64,000 nucleotides of DNA from contig JBHGNT010000009.1 of NCBI GenBank assembly GCA_043228905.1, positions 19,716,001 to 19,780,000 of the forward strand, given 5' to 3'. This stretch comes from Azolla caroliniana (Eukaryota > Plantae > Polypodiophyta). Positions 13,005 to 26,600 of the stretch are shown piece after piece. A program made the position numbers and the translations under genes. The notes under the pieces are model-generated. The model saw nothing but the letters and a program-made list of their open reading frames with translations. It did no database searches and was not told the origin of the DNA. The first letter of the stretch is position 1. Each line of letters starts with the position of its first letter.

Positions 13005-13653
13005 TGTCGTGTTATTCTACACGCGCAGGAGAAACCAAGGCGGGACCATGGGGGACCTGAACCGGGGAATAACCAAACAAAGGGGGAGCGACACGAAACC
13101 ACGGCCGAACTGCGCACACAAATACACAGAGAACCCACAATGAAGATCAAACAACGAATAAGGCAAATATATATTTATGATCAAGATTACAGCTGGCTAG
13201 CCGGTAAGCGTCAACACGATGACACCAACTCACACAACGCACACGGACAACGCGAGATGGAGCCTTTGCTGGAAGCACTCGGGCTTTCCACGAAGCAGGG
13301 GCAACCTCCCAAAACTTGCAAAGAACAATGAAAGACAGATGAGAAGAGCTTGGTCCCAGTCCGACAGCACTTCATTCTCCACAACCCCCCCCCCACACTA
13401 AGTCCCTTTTCCTCTCCTTTTATAGTCCAAGGAGAGAGAGATGTTACAGTCTGTTACATCACTTTTATTATCTATCCTTTCGGATAGAGATAATCCTCGA
13501 TTCCCTACCTAATGAATACGCGCTACCTAGGATATTCACATCGCTGACCTGTACCTAACTATGTACAATACATCAAAACATGTGCCCGCGTGCAAGGGCC
13601 GGTTCACGCTCACTATTCACCGATTCCTCCTAGGGACGGTTTTCTCCACGACA
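13005..13653 (-). repeat. 5' LTR of Gypsy A
   Basis: Direct repeat of 1023-1670; followed on the - strand by a 5-nt spacer and the PBS. Confidence 0.95.
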
Positions 13654-14756
13654 CCATTTTGTTGCGGTGTATGTCGACACGAAAACTCTCGTTGAATTCC
13701 TTCTTTCTGGAGAAAAGCCGAAAACTCATCGGAGAAGTACTCTTTTCCTCCGTCCGACCAAAGACATTGTACATGTTGACCTCTTTCCTTTTCGACGCCA
13801 CTCTTGAATTTTCGAAAGTGTCTAAAGACTTCGTTTGTTTGCCGCATGGGGTAAATCTAGGTGTGCCTGGAGAAGTCGTCAATACAGGTCACGTAGTATC
13901 GGCATCCACTAAATGTAGGTGTCTATGCCAGTCCCCAAATGTCAAAATGAATTACATCGAGTAGGCCTTTGCTCACATTCCTCTCTTTTGGGAATGGGTG
14001 TCGGTGTTGCTTGCCAAATTGGCAGGCTTCACATATATCTTCAATCTCTTTCTCTTTGAAGGTCGGGAGCCCGATGACGACTCCTTTCGATTGCATCGCC
14101 TTGAGTTTATTGAAATTGATGTGGCCAATCCACTTGTGCCACAACTCTATGTCGGTGTTGGCTTTGGTGCCTTTTGCAAACATGGCCAATTTCATCTCGT
14201 GTGAGTCAAGAATGAACATTCAGCCCTCTCTTTGTCCGCGAGTGATGAGTCGACCCTCTTTTTCGATGAAGCAACCACCTTGTTTAAATCGAACTTGCAT
14301 CCCTTGCTCAACAATTTGGCCGACGGAGATCAAATTCTTTGTGATGGTCGATACATACAAGACATTCTTAATGTAAGTTTGGTTACCTTCTTTGCCGAAT
14401 GGAACATTGCCGACGTGCCGAATCGGATGAGTAGTGTCATCTCTGGTTTTGACATAGCCGGGTTGATCCGGCTCTCGAAGTTCTCAGAACCATTCTTGAT
14501 GGGACATCATATGGTTCGAGGCACCGGAGTCGATGAACCATATGTCTTCCAAACTAGAGGCACTATTTGAAGTAGAAGCTGACATAGAATTTGCTCTATG
14601 TCTCATCACGAACATTCCGCCATGATCATCATAGTCGGAGTTGGTGGTGTAATTGGTGATTTGTCGGCTTGTGGAAGCCGACTCCCGCTTCTTCTTTTGA
14701 CACTCTTCTTCATGGTGGGCAATTTTGCCACAATATCCGCATTCAATCGAGGTTTG
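13654..14756 (-). pseudogene. Copia E zinc knuckle, protease, GAG-pre-integrase and integrase N-terminal half
   Basis: ORFs 14484..14765 (WFIDSGASNHM), 13923..14219 (LWHKWIGH..CEACQFGK..DIWG) and 13617..13847 (SDGGKEY..TPQQN). Confidence 0.88.
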
Positions 14757-15303
14757 TGTTGGCATAAAAGGCCGACTCCTTCCACCTTGTATCCTAGTGT
14801 GAACTCGTCCAAAGAGTTAGGGCTTAGTATATAAGCAATAACCTAACATTGTAAAGTGAGTTTTCCTTGATTATCTGATATGTCGAGTCTATGAGAGAAA
14901 GAGAGAGTGAATGCAAACAAAGCTTCCATTAAAGCTTCAACAGTGCATGTCGATTGTTTATCTTCTACCTTCCTTTTGTGTTGTTTGTTGAGCACATACG
15001 ACAGGTCCTCACATACGTTTCCGCATACATACTCGTGTCATCTGGTATCAAAGTAGACTTGCTGCTCGTCGGCAACAAACAACAGAAAAGCTGAAAGGAA
15101 AAAGTCCAAGTCAGTAAAATCTCATTTTTGAAGAAGAACATGGCTTCAACATCCAGAACAGGAGTTGAAATCAGAAAATTCGACGGCAAAAACTTTGCCC
15201 TATAGAAGGAGATGATGCAGGATGTGTTGATCATTAGAAGACAAGTCGAAGCCATTCGACATTGTGAAAAACTTGCCTTAATGACAGCTAAAGAGTGGAG
15301 ATC

Positions 15304-15846
15304 TATTAGGAAATGGGTCCCTCCGAATGGGAAGAGAAGAGTTGAGTTAATGAGAAACCGAAATTGTGTAGACAGCCAACTCGGAAGACTATACTTGTAA
15401 ATAGTCTAGATATGCCCTTATGGGCTACACTTGTAAATAACCCAAAAGGTGTACTAGTATAAGTACTTAAGGCAATCATAATATGATTATGAGTTGTTTA
15501 AAAAGAAGTTACTCAGAAGGCCGTTGCCTCTATAACTGTGTAACAATAAGTGAGTGAGAGTGAGAGCGTGTGTAACTTTGTAGCCGTTTGTTGACGAAGT
15601 TGAATCTCAAGGTCGTTGCCTCAGAGCTTCTAGTTGTACTCCTTTTTTAGCATAGTGATTATGTGTTCTTGGGGTTTGTGGACCCACGTGGTTTTTACCA
15701 TTTTGGGTTTCCACGCTAAAACCGTGTGTTTCTGTCTCTTGTGCTATTTCTGTATTCGTACTCTGTCTAAGTGCATTCTATTTTACGTTCCCTGCACCCA
15801 AACATCCGAACGAGAAGCCGGTTGTGGCCGGTCACGATTCTCGACA
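15304..15846 (+). mobile_element. Solo LTR D4
   Basis: TATTAGG (decayed TG)...CTCGACA; exact TSD AGATC (15299-15303 / 15847-15851); shares the CCCTC..ATGGGAAGAG start and GGTTTT..GGGTTTCCACG motif with D1-D3. Confidence 0.88.
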
Positions 15847-16258
15847 AGATCTACAGACGAAATCACATGCTCCACCATCCGAATGCATCTGACCGAAAAC
15901 ATCTACTTCAGTATGGCAAAAGAGACGACATTGTTCTCATTGTGGGAAAAGCTACAAGCCGTGTACGAGAAAAAGTCATCATCTTCAAAATTGATTTTGA
16001 TCAAGCAACTATTCAACATGAAGATGAGAGAGATCGATCCGACTACCTCCCACATCAACACCTTCAACTGGGTGTTGTCAGAACTCTCCTCACAAACTTC
16101 GAAGAAGAAGTGAAAGCCCTTGCCCTCCTATCGAGCTTGCCGGTGAGTTGGAAGGTATTCTGCACGACATACACCAATAGCCGACCAATCCTAAATCTAG
16201 ATGAGACGATCGGCCAAGTTCTCACCGAGGACATTCGGCGAAAATTGATGGGACTCAC

Positions 16259-16684
16259 TGTTAGGAAACAGATCCCTCTGGATGGGAAGAGAGAAGAACA
16301 GTGCTGATGAGAAACTCGGCCAAGGCCGATAGGCCGAGGCTGAATCCGGATGAGTACCCGGCTACAGAAGACCCGATGAGAACTGGATGAGGAGTACCCG
16401 GCTACGGAAGACCCGATGAGAACCGGACGAGGAGTACCCGGCTTTCGGAAGACCCAGTGAAAACCGGATGAGGAGTACCAGGCAAGAGCCGGATGGTGAA
16501 GGCCCGGTGAGAAGTGCTCACCCGATGAAGGGACATATTCGTAAATATGTTTCTGAGAGTCCATCGGGGCTATATTTGTAAATAGCCGAAAAGTCATATT
16601 AGTATAAATATGACTTAGGGCAAATAGAGAATTATGCTTGTAGTTGTCTTTCTTGTTGGTGCAAGATTAGAGCGCGTAACAGTG

Positions 16685-16722
<38 letters not shown>

Positions 16723-16991
16723 GAGGTCGTTGCCTCTATTGTAACCGCCGCCTGTGGCGAAGATAGCAAGCTCGAGGTCGTGGCCTCGGTGCTTTACTAT
16801 TGTACATTCTGATATAGTGATAGTTTGCAGTCTGTGGGCTGCCGTGGTTTTTCCCTAGTTTGGGTTTTCCACGTTAATATCCTGTGTACCCTTCTCTTCA
16901 CTGTGTCATGTGTTCATTATCCGTTTTCTGTGTTTGATTTTAGACTCAGTTGTGGCCGAGTGTTGCGCTTAGGGAGCGTGCATCCCTGTCA
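16259..16991 (+). mobile_element. Solo LTR D2
   Basis: TGTTAGG...CCTGTCA; exact TSD CTCAC (16254-16258 / 16992-16996); internal ~40-bp tandem repeats at ~16345-16480 and (GA)n. Confidence 0.92.
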
Positions 16992-19900
16992 CTCACCATC
17001 GATGAGTCAGCAAAAGCCCACCACTCAACTGAGCCGATCGACAGATTTAGTAGATCAAGAGAACAAGCCAACAAAACCGGTCGAAACACCAACCGATCGA
17101 AGACGAGGGGAAACCGGCAGTGGTCGAAGTTGAGAACGGCCCGATCAGGTGAATTTTGCATGTACTTTAGAAAATTTGACCACAATGTTTCTAACTGCTA
17201 GTCAATCAAGAGGAAAGAGAGTGGACGACGATCTGAGTGGAATCGAGGATGACCCGGTTCAGACCACTCTCCTGCTGGCAACCACATCAATGTTGTCGAC
17301 ACCCGATCAGGAGAAATCCTTTCCTTAGAGGACTCGATGATCGGAGAAACCCTCTATAGTGCACAAGATGCACACACGTGGCTATTGGATTCCGGTGCCA
17401 CATTCCACGTGACCCCTAATATTGAATGATTTTCGAACTATTCTACAAACACCAACAACACAGTCCGACTAGGCAATGGCCAGGAGTGCCGAATCGCAGG
17501 GACCAAAGATGTTCCCATCCGATTGCCCAATGGCAACATGATCTCCCTGCACCGAGTTCGGCATGTACCTGATCTAAAAAGGAGTTTGGTCTCCATCGGC
17601 ATGTTAGCCGAAGATGGGTACCGAACGACTCTCAATGAGTCAACATGGATGATCAGCCGAGGAAACCTGAAGATAGGAGGCGGGCACAAGTACATTAACT
17701 TGTACCCATTAATGGTGATCAATCCAGAAGGGGTTGTGAACGTAGCCGAAAAGACCAACCCAAACCTATGGCATGGCAAACTTGGCGATATGTCTCAAGC
17801 TGGACTCGATCGGCTGATGGCGCTCGGATACATTCCGAGACTCCAATCGAAGACAACTTTTGTGAGCACAATCGATATGGGAAACATACCTAAAGTTGGC
17901 ACTCTCTTCACTACAAGATGGTACAATAGCCTCTAGAGCTCGTGCACACAGATATACGTGGTCCCATGCAAGAACGATCACTAGGAGGCTCCTGGTACTT
18001 CATCACATTTGTAGATGACTGTACACAGAAGGTTTGGGCCTACTCAATTAGGTCCAAAGATGAAGCACCCGAGGTCTTCACTCGGTGGACATTTGAAGTG
18101 GAGAATTGGTTGGGACACAGAGTGAAGACACTCTGATCCTACGACAGGGGTGAGTACACCTCCAGATCCTTCAAACAATACCTATCCGACAAAGGGATCC
18201 GGCATCAAAGGACCATTCCTTACACACCCATGCAGAATGGAATGGCAGAACGGATCAACCGAACAATCCAGGAGAGGGTGACTACAATGCTTTAGCAAGC
18301 CGGACTAAAGCTGGAGTTATGGGCCGAGGCATTGCAGATGGCAGTATACCTGATAAATCTGTCGTCGTCGAGAGCAATAAGGCTCAAGGTGCCATAGGCA
18401 CTACGGTCAGGAAAACAACCGACCTACGACAGGCTACGTATACTCGGATGTGAAGCCTATGTGTTCATCTCTAGGGAGAAAAGGACAAACTTGGCACCCC
18501 ATGCAACAAAGTGCATATTTCTCGGTTACGGAACCGATGGGAATTTGGCTACAGGCTATGGAACCCAAAGAACCAGAAATTGATCCGGTGCAGTGACGTA
18601 GTCTTCTCACAACGGAACCAACCGAAAATACTTGGTAAAAAGGTATCCTTCAAAGCCGACAGAGATGTCGTAGAAGGACCTTCCCACCAAGCTGAATCGG
18701 AGATTCGACGTAAAGTCGAACTCAAGCAAGCCAACAACATACCTGCCAACTCTGAATCGGTAGGAGGTCCACGAGTCGAACTAGACGACAAAGTCAAATC
18801 GACCAAAGTCGGACATGATAGAGTCAAAAGAAACAGAGTCCAACCGACAAAAACACCGGATACAAGTGGCTCAACAAATGTCGATCAACCAACAGAGATG
18901 ATCGAAGGATCCAAACCACTCATTTCGGCACCTAGGAGATCTGGACGAGCTTGAAGGCCAATAGAGTTTTATCAATTGGGCCTCAACTACGTAAACTACA
19001 CTTATGCATGCGAACCAAGTAAATACAACGAAGTTATGGCCGCACCGGACGCCGATACATGGCTACAAACCATGAAATCCGAAATGGACTCAATTCACAG
19101 GAATCAGACATGGGAGCTGGTTGAACTACCAGTTGGAAGAAAGCCGCTACCCTGCAAATGGGTTTTCCGATACAAATATGTATCTAATTCAGACAAACCC
19201 AAGTACAAAGCTCGGCTCGTTGCAATTTAAGTATTCAAACAAGAATATGGGGTTGACTACGACGAGATATTCTCACCAGTAGTCAAGATGACCACCCTCC
19301 GACTCCTACTAGGAGTTGTGGCGACAGAAGATCTAGAGCTTGAACAAATGGACGTAAAGGCCGCATTCCTACACGGAGATCTGGAAGAAGACATTTACAT
19401 GTCTCAACCAGCAGGCTTCACGGTGACGGGGAGGACAGCCACCTCATATGTCGACTAAAAAAAAGTCTCTATGGCTGGAAACAAGCACCGAGGATGTGGT
19501 ACCAGAAGTTCGACTCCTACATTAGGTAGCTTGGATACCGCCGACGCATGTACATTCGGCAATTGGCCGACGAGTCCAGGATTTACCTGATCCTATACAT
19601 CGATGACATGCTGATTGTAGAAAGTAATCAAGCAAAGATTGGAAAGTTGAAGCGGAGCCTTCATGACAAGTTTGCGATGAAGGAAGTCGGACAAGACCGT
19701 CACATACTGGGCATGAGGATCGAGCGAAATCGGACGACCAAGACTCTCCAACTCTCCCAATCTGACTATATCCGGAAGGTGCTCAAGCGCTTCAACATGG
19801 AGAATGTGAAGTCATCACCGACACCGCTTCCGAAGTCGATCCGACTATCAGACAGAGACTCTCCTTCAACGTACAAGGAGAGAGAGCTTAATGGGAAGAT

Positions 19901-21939
19901 GCCCTACAAATCAGCCGTAGGAAGTATCATGTACGCAATGGTGGCGACCCGACCTGACCTAGCCTATGTCGTTGGGGTGGTCACCCGGTACATGTCAAAC
20001 CCACGACGGAAGCATTGGGAGGTCGTCAAGCACATCCTTAGGTATTTGAAAGGAACCATGGATGCACAACTAAACTTTGGTTTAACAACCTCAACCGAAG
20101 TCGAAGGCTACACTGACTCCGACTATGCCGAAAATACGGACAATCGGAAGTCAACATCAGGCTACATCTTCACCTATGGTGGCGGTGCGATATCATGGAG
20201 GTCGAAACTTCAAGAGTGCATGGCTCTGTCGACCACAAAGACCGAGTACATAGCAGCATCGGAGGCAATGAAGGAAGCGATTTGGCTGCACCAACTATTT
20301 GTTGACTTCTCAGCTACAAGCCGAATCGACCGACCAACGCCGACCATCTATTGCGGCTCACAGAGTGCAATTCACATCATAAACAATCTTGTCTATCACG
20401 CAAAGACAAAGCATATTGAGGTGCGGTATCATTACATCCGGGAGCTCATAACCGAAAAGAAACGCGAAGTCCTGAAGATCGCCACCGAGGTGAACATCAC
20501 CAATTGCCTGACAAAGCCACCCCCAAATCAACGCTTCAGAGCACTAAGGACAAAGATGGGACTACAACAAGCGACTGAGCAAAAGAAAGCCTGACGAGGA
20601 ACAGAAGGTAAGATTCAACCGAATCAATCATAATGACTAGCCAAACCAGACTAGACATTGAACATATCTTTGCCGACTCAGCCACATGCCGACTGACTTG
20701 TAAATATAAATTTAGATTAATTTTCTAATCTAGGTTTACGGGGGAAATAACCACAAACACATGTACATGTAGAAAAGAGTAGTCCTTTTAAGGGGGAGTT
20801 TGTTGGCATAAAAGGCTGACGCCTCCCACCTTGTGGCATAAAACCAATAACCTAACATTGTAAAGTGAGTTTTCCTTGATTATCTAATATATCGAGTCTC
20901 TAAGAGAAAGAGAGAGCGAATGCAATAACAAAGCTTCCATTAAAGCTTCAACGGTGCATATCTATTGTTTATCTTCTTGCCTTCCTTCTGTGTTGTTTGT
21001 TGAGCACATATGGCAAGTCCTCACATACGTTTCCGCATACATACTCGCCTCAGTTTGTCGACTCGGACCGGAATGGAAGCTCCCCTTCTTCCGAAGGTTC
21101 CTCGATGGCTTCCGTCTTGTTTCTGAAATTAGGAGCTATTTTCGTAAGTCGGACCTTGTCCACCTCATCCTTGGTCAAATCAGCCTCTTCCTCCGTTCGA
21201 ATGTGTATAGAGCATGTGGCCTTCCGAGGAGTTGCTCCTTATTAGAACATGGTTTTCTTCAACCAACAACATGGATTGAAGATCGAAGAAAGAGGGAGGA
21301 TTCTCCCTTGGTAGTAAAACGATCCTCATCACGTTGAACCGTGGTGCGAGGCCGTCGAGGCATATTTGCACCATCTCATCATCCTCCACGTTGATGTTTA
21401 TCGAATCAAGCGAGTCATAAAGCTCCTTGATCTTCACGGTGTAGCTCGTGATGGACATGTCTCTTTGTTGAATGTTGTTCAACTCTTGGCAGAGTTGAAG
21501 CTTTCGTGTGGTTGTGTTGGCCACAAAAATCTTCGAACTAAGATTCTACCATGCTTCCTTCCACGTCTCGGCTTCTCGCCAAGCAATATATTACTCGACT
21601 CGCGGCTTGCGCCCATGTTGAGTATTCGGGAGTCGTTGGGTCCGGTCGATTTGGTTGTGCTACTTTGATGTAGCGCCAATAGCCTTGTTGATAAGGTATT
21701 GGTGCATCTTGTATTCCCGAGATGCAAAGTTGTTTCTGTCCAACTTTTCGTTAGGGAGAGCGCTACCCATTTGATTATTCATTATGTCAATGAATATTTC
21801 CTCCTTCTTTTCCTTCTCTCTAGAACACGATCTATGTAGTCGCACTACGATAGCAATGAGTTGGTTCTTCTTGAACGTTGGCATAGAACACGACACACGC
21901 GAATGGGCTAGATCGAGCTACCAAATCACTCTGATACCA

Positions 21940-22374
21940 TGTAAAGAATCGGATATGATTCTATGTAGCAGAATAGATGTGTGTTAAATGTGTATGTGTG
22001 AGAGGAAAAAGAGGAGAGAAGAGAAAACACAAGATAGATAAGAGAGAAATATGAAGTACCAATTGTAGGGGTTAGGAATGATGTCAATAGGGCCGAGGAA
22101 TACTCAGGATTCACCCTAGTATAGGCTCTTTAGATGCAATAGTGGAGCTATGGTTGAAAAGATAGAGAGAGAGCAGTAGTTGGAGGAGCTCACATTTCAA
22201 GTGAGATCCAAAAGTTTTTAACTTATGCTTTATATGACCCATTTAGGGTTGGCCAAGTTCACACTAACTTTGCCTATAAAATAATGAAACAATTATTAGT
22301 GACTTTTGCCTTTATAAATAGGCCTATACACATTTACACACTATAAGGGGTCATTTAGGGCCTTTACCCCAACA
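21940..22374 (-). repeat. 5' LTR of Copia E
   Basis: On the - strand TGTTGGGG...CTTTACA is immediately followed by PBS TGGTATCAGAG. The outer end is inferred from the TG/CA terminus and the resumption of LINE coding sequence. Confidence 0.75.
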
Positions 22375-22657
22375 CCTAGCTCCTTTTCTCACTCTAATAT
22401 TCAACCACGCCCTCATCGAGGGTTTTCCACCACAATGGACCATGAACACAGTGGCCCCTATACATAAAGGAGAGAACTCCATGGACCCAAAATACATATA
22501 GGACCATTATGATAAATCATACGCTCACTAAATTATATGGTGCAGTAATGGAAGCAGAGCTCAGTGATTATATGGAAACCTTAAGTCTTCGACAACCTGA
22601 GGAGGCTGGCTTTAGACGAGTCTTCTCCACTATTGACCATATCTTCACATGTAGATG

Positions 22658-23050
22658 TGTTGAGAATCAAGCTTAACTTGGTCTAGTGTGTGAACTCACC
22701 TTGAGAGTGAATAGACACTCCAACAGTCAAGAGTCACCATTATGTCACCACTTTGTATTCTAGCATTTAGTATGAGTCATAGAATCATATTCTATGACAC
22801 ATAACTTATGAGCTTTCACATTCCCCATGCTCCATGAGTCTTGTAGTTAATGAAGAGAGAGGGTAACTATATAAAGCACCCTCCTCCCACCTTGTATAAT
22901 GTTGAGTCTTTCTCCTTTGTTAATATACTTTACCTTGCATATTCTCTATGTCTTACTCCTTGTCTCTCTCACTCACTCACTCTCTCTCTCATACACACAC
23001 ACAGTTCATATCTATTCCGCTGCACAGAATCCATCTTTTGATTCTTTACA
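22658..23050. mobile_element. Solo LTR G
   Basis: TGTTGAG...CTTTACA with exact TSD AGATG (22653-22657 / 23051-23055), inside the LINE RT. Confidence 0.88.
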
Positions 23051-23697
23051 AGATGCTTAATTGACCAGATGAAGGCTCGTAAGAAGACACTATATTGTTG
23101 TTTTATGGATTTCCACAAAGCCTTTGACACAGTTGTTTGATAGGATTAAGAGCCTGGAGATACCAAATGACATGATATGGGCCATCTATGCTCTATATAA
23201 AGCAAGTCTCTAGGTGTGTAAGATGCCCTGTTACCCGGCCGGCAAGAGTGTGAAAGGAATAGTTTATTCGGGAACTGTTATAATTATTTTATTAATATGG
23301 ACGGACGGACCGGAATCAGTATGCCGATCCGGATCCGGACCGATTCCGAATAGGTGCTGGTTGACACCGTTTTGTACTTTGCACCGGAGACCTATATAAA
23401 GGCCCGGTTACAATGTAATTGACAGCGGATAATTAATAGAACTTATTGCCTTAATCTTTCAGTATTGATTACCGTTCTGTACTCATTGTTATATCTTACA
23501 CGTGTTAATGATGTATTGCTAACCAACCGATTAAGGTCTAATTAAGCGTTGGGTCGTAAGTTATCCTGCCGTAACACCCTTTGGTGAAGTGTCTTAAGTG
23601 GACACCCTGTGTTAGGCTATTGTCCGGCCCCTAGGATCAACACAGTTTTTGGCAACCACGATTCTTACACAATCGCAGTGAACAGCGGTGGGAATGG

Positions 23698-26600
23698 ATG
23701 ACTAGGCCAACAGACGACCCTGTTACGGAGAGAGCACGAAGACTTGCTGAACGGCGAAGGCGGCGAGAGGCTTTCCAGCAAGCAGCGGAAGAAATCCGAT
23801 CGGATCGATCATTTTCCAAAGTGATCCGGAAAGTGGCGGAGGAGTCACTCCGTCTGCAATAAAACGCCTACCCGGACGAAGGAAGCAGCTTAAGCAGCCC
23901 CCGGGAAGCGGAATCCCTTCTCCAGGCCTTGGCCGGAAGAGACGGCGAATCCGAAGCATTTTCAGCACCGGAATCGGATTCGGAAGGGGGTTACAGTGTA
24001 CACACGAACTATCGCAGCAGTAACGACACCCCAGGAGGACCGGAGGACGAGGAGTAGGATACAGTACCGACACCGGAACCAGAGTTGTCAGACCGGGAAC
24101 CCCCGGCACTAGACGTGGAGCAACCTCCGGAGACGAAAGAAGACTGGCAAAGACCTCCGACGCCGATGAACAGCAAGAAAGACCACCGACACCGCCAGCC
24201 CACGTACCAACACTGGACGACGACATGTCGTTCCAGTACTCCAAGTATAGGGATGATCCGGATGCGGAGGCTCATGTTCACGCGTTTCAACAAACATGGG
24301 AGGCGAACCATGTGTCACAACGGTTAACCACGGCAGAAGAGGAACAATCTAAGATAGCCGAATTCGGCGTGACATTGGAAGGACCGGCCGCCAGATGGCA
24401 CCGGACGCAAGACCCCAGCACCATCACCACCTTTGCGGACCTGAAAGATAAATTTTTGCACTTCTTTCAGAAGGAGGTGGACCAAAGAGAAATGGTGGGC
24501 CTATTTTATACCATCCGGTAGGACCCCGGGGAGAGAATTCCGCAGTTTGTCATCCGGTTTCAACGGATGCACAGTCCGGTTCCAGAAGAAGAAACACGGG
24601 CTATATTCTTTGCCGCACTCCGGGAACCTCTACGAACGGTATGCATGGTCATCGACTTTCGCACAAGCACCGTCGATCAGGTCATCGACCGGGTTAGAGA
24701 AATGGAGAAAACGAGCTCTTGGCTAACAATGGGCGCCCTCCAACGAGCGTTACCGACCGATGAGGATCTCCGGTTCCAGCAAGCAATCCAATGCACGACC
24801 TGCTTGAATTCCGGACACTCGTCACTGGAGTGCACCATGCGGACGCACTGCTTACTCTGCCAATCTACAAGCCACACGATGGACCGGTGCGAATATAACT
24901 TATTGAATCGGCAAGCACCACCAGTCCGGCAAATCGAGCCATGTAGCAACCGAGACGAAGAAGACGAACGCTAGCGGCGAGAGGAGCGATATCGACCGTC
25001 ACAGGATGTCCGGTACGACGATCGGCAAGACAACTATGACCGGTACAAGAGATATGACAGGTACCGAGATTACAATGGATGGTACGAGTATCACAACCGG
25101 GATCACTCCCCCGGGTATCACCAACGACGGGAAGATTACGAGAGATATGGCGACCAACCCCGTCAAGGGTACCGCAACAAAAAGAACTTTAATAAAAAAC
25201 GGCATTTCAAAAAAGGGAGCCACCCACGTGAACCGGAAAAAGGCGCCTCAAGTAGCCAACCGGACCAAAGCCCCACGGTTACCACAAGTCATCCACCGGG
25301 TACAGGAAACAATGTTGAATCCAGCAATACCCGGAAAGCATATTGCTATTATTGCCGGCAAGAAGGACATTATAGTAATCAATGTCCGGCAAAGAGCTAC
25401 GACAAGCGACCGGCAGTAAACATGGTAGTCAAGACAGAAGGACTCAAGACAGGCATGACAGCAGGAGAAACACCACCGGCACCAACATTCTTCTCAAATC
25501 CGGAGGAGGGACTGGCGGTGGTAGACACAAACAGTCCGGCGATCACGGCCATCGTGAAGGGAAAGGAGTTACCCGGAACAATAATAGATGGAGGATCTAG
25601 CGTCAATGTGATTAGCCTCCGAACATGCACAACCTTGGGAATCAAAGAGTGGGAACCATGCCCGTTTTGGCTACGAATGGCGGATACCAGCTCAGTGCGA
25701 CCGACCGGCTTGATACGAGATTTGGAAGTAACAATCGGCAGCCACACATTTCGCATCTCGGCAGTAGTGCTACAATTACAGGCACAAGGAGCTTACCCGC
25801 TATTGTTGGGGCGGCCGTGGCTAAAAACGGCGCACATTAAACAAAATTGGAGAAAGAATATCATCACCTTCCGACGGGGAAAAGCAAAAGTACGGGTACC
25901 GACACAACCACGGACGGGTACCAGGAAGGAATTAACACCCCTATATGCCGAATGTGTCAATATGTTGGACGGATTAGCAGACGAAGAGGTGGATCAATAC
26001 TTGCAAGATAATCCGAAGATAGTACCCCTGTTCGAAATTGACGTAGTTGAAGCCGTATCACCATACATACTGCCACTGGACGGAGCAAACGAAGAACCAA
26101 ATAAAGAAGCGATCCGGGAGCTATGGCAAGCACAAGAAGCGCTGGAAAGAGAAATGGCCGTATCACAACGGGTTAAAGCATCCCAACTAGAGGAGGTAAA
26201 TCTAGGAACTACGGAAGAGGCGAGACCGGTGCAGATTGCCAGGGAAATGACTACGGCGAACAAAACGGCGATGATTACACTTCTCAAAGAGTTTCGGGAC
26301 GTGTTTGCCTGGTCTTATGAGGATATGAGAGGGCTCGATCCTCAGCTATATCTGCATCAGATACATTTGAGCAAAGACGCCAAACCGGTAGCACAGTGAC
26401 GGTACCGGATGAATCCGAACTACGCCGCCAAAGTCAAGGAGGAAATCGACAAGTTACTGAGGGTTGGCTTTATCCGTCCCGTAAAGAAATCTACATGGCT
26501 GAGCCCGATAGTAGTTGTACCAAATAAAAACGGCAAAATTAGAGTATGTGTCGACTACAGGAAGCTTAATGCGGCAACGGTAACTGATGCATTTCCACTT

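Larger units (their letters stand above)
1023..13653 (-). mobile_element. Ty3/Gypsy LTR retrotransposon A (non-chromoviral), degenerate, with three nested insertions
   Basis: LTRs at 1023-1670 and 13005-13653 (TGTCGTG...CACGACA); 4-bp TSD CCGT/CCAT; PBS rc of 12984-12999 (TGGTGAACCCGACGTG); PPT rc of 1671-1680. Domain order gag (12716-12950, 11579-12067), PR (ALVDHGSEISLM, 10946-11302), RT (9165-10385), RH (9006-9288, 5830-6130), INT (4755-5500, 1828-2110 with WFGPY). Confidence 0.92.
15140..20594 (+). pseudogene. Copia F gag-pol polyprotein (stops, frameshifts, two insertions)
   Basis: Motifs in order: KFDGKNF, WLLDSGA, HTDI.GPM..FITFVDD, NQTWELV..CKWVF, LYIDDML, YTDSDYA, KTKHIEVRYH. Confidence 0.88.
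14757..21052 (+). mobile_element. Ty1/Copia F (Tnt1/Tork-like), full length but degenerate, with two solo-LTR insertions
   Basis: LTRs at 14757-15040 and 20801-21052; exact TSD GTTTG (14752-14756 / 21053-21057); PBS TGGTATCAAAG at 15043; PPT AAGGGGGAG before 20801. Gag begins MASTSRTGVEIRKFDGKNF at 15140; PR WLLDSGATFHV ~17380; INT ~17940-18600; RT-RH 19050-20594. Confidence 0.93.
1..22374 (-). mobile_element. Ty1/Copia LTR retrotransposon E (3' part outside window), split by Gypsy A and Copia F
   Basis: 5' LTR ~21940-22374; PBS TGGTATCAGAG (rc of 21929-21939, tRNA-iMet type). Gag pieces at 21058-21800; zinc knuckle CGYCGKIAHHEEEC and protease WFIDSGASNHM at 14484-14756; integrase at 13654-14219 and 697-1022 (YWAEAANT..YLMNR, KLDPKSEKC); RT start (NETWDL..GCRWIYK) at 1-140. 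Reading frames rejoin across the TSDs of A and F. Confidence 0.9.

Noticed and set aside
16345-16480. ~40-bp repeats resembling a CRISPR array
   Set aside because: Head-to-tail units with no unique spacers, inside a TSD-flanked solo LTR in eukaryotic DNA; no cas genes.
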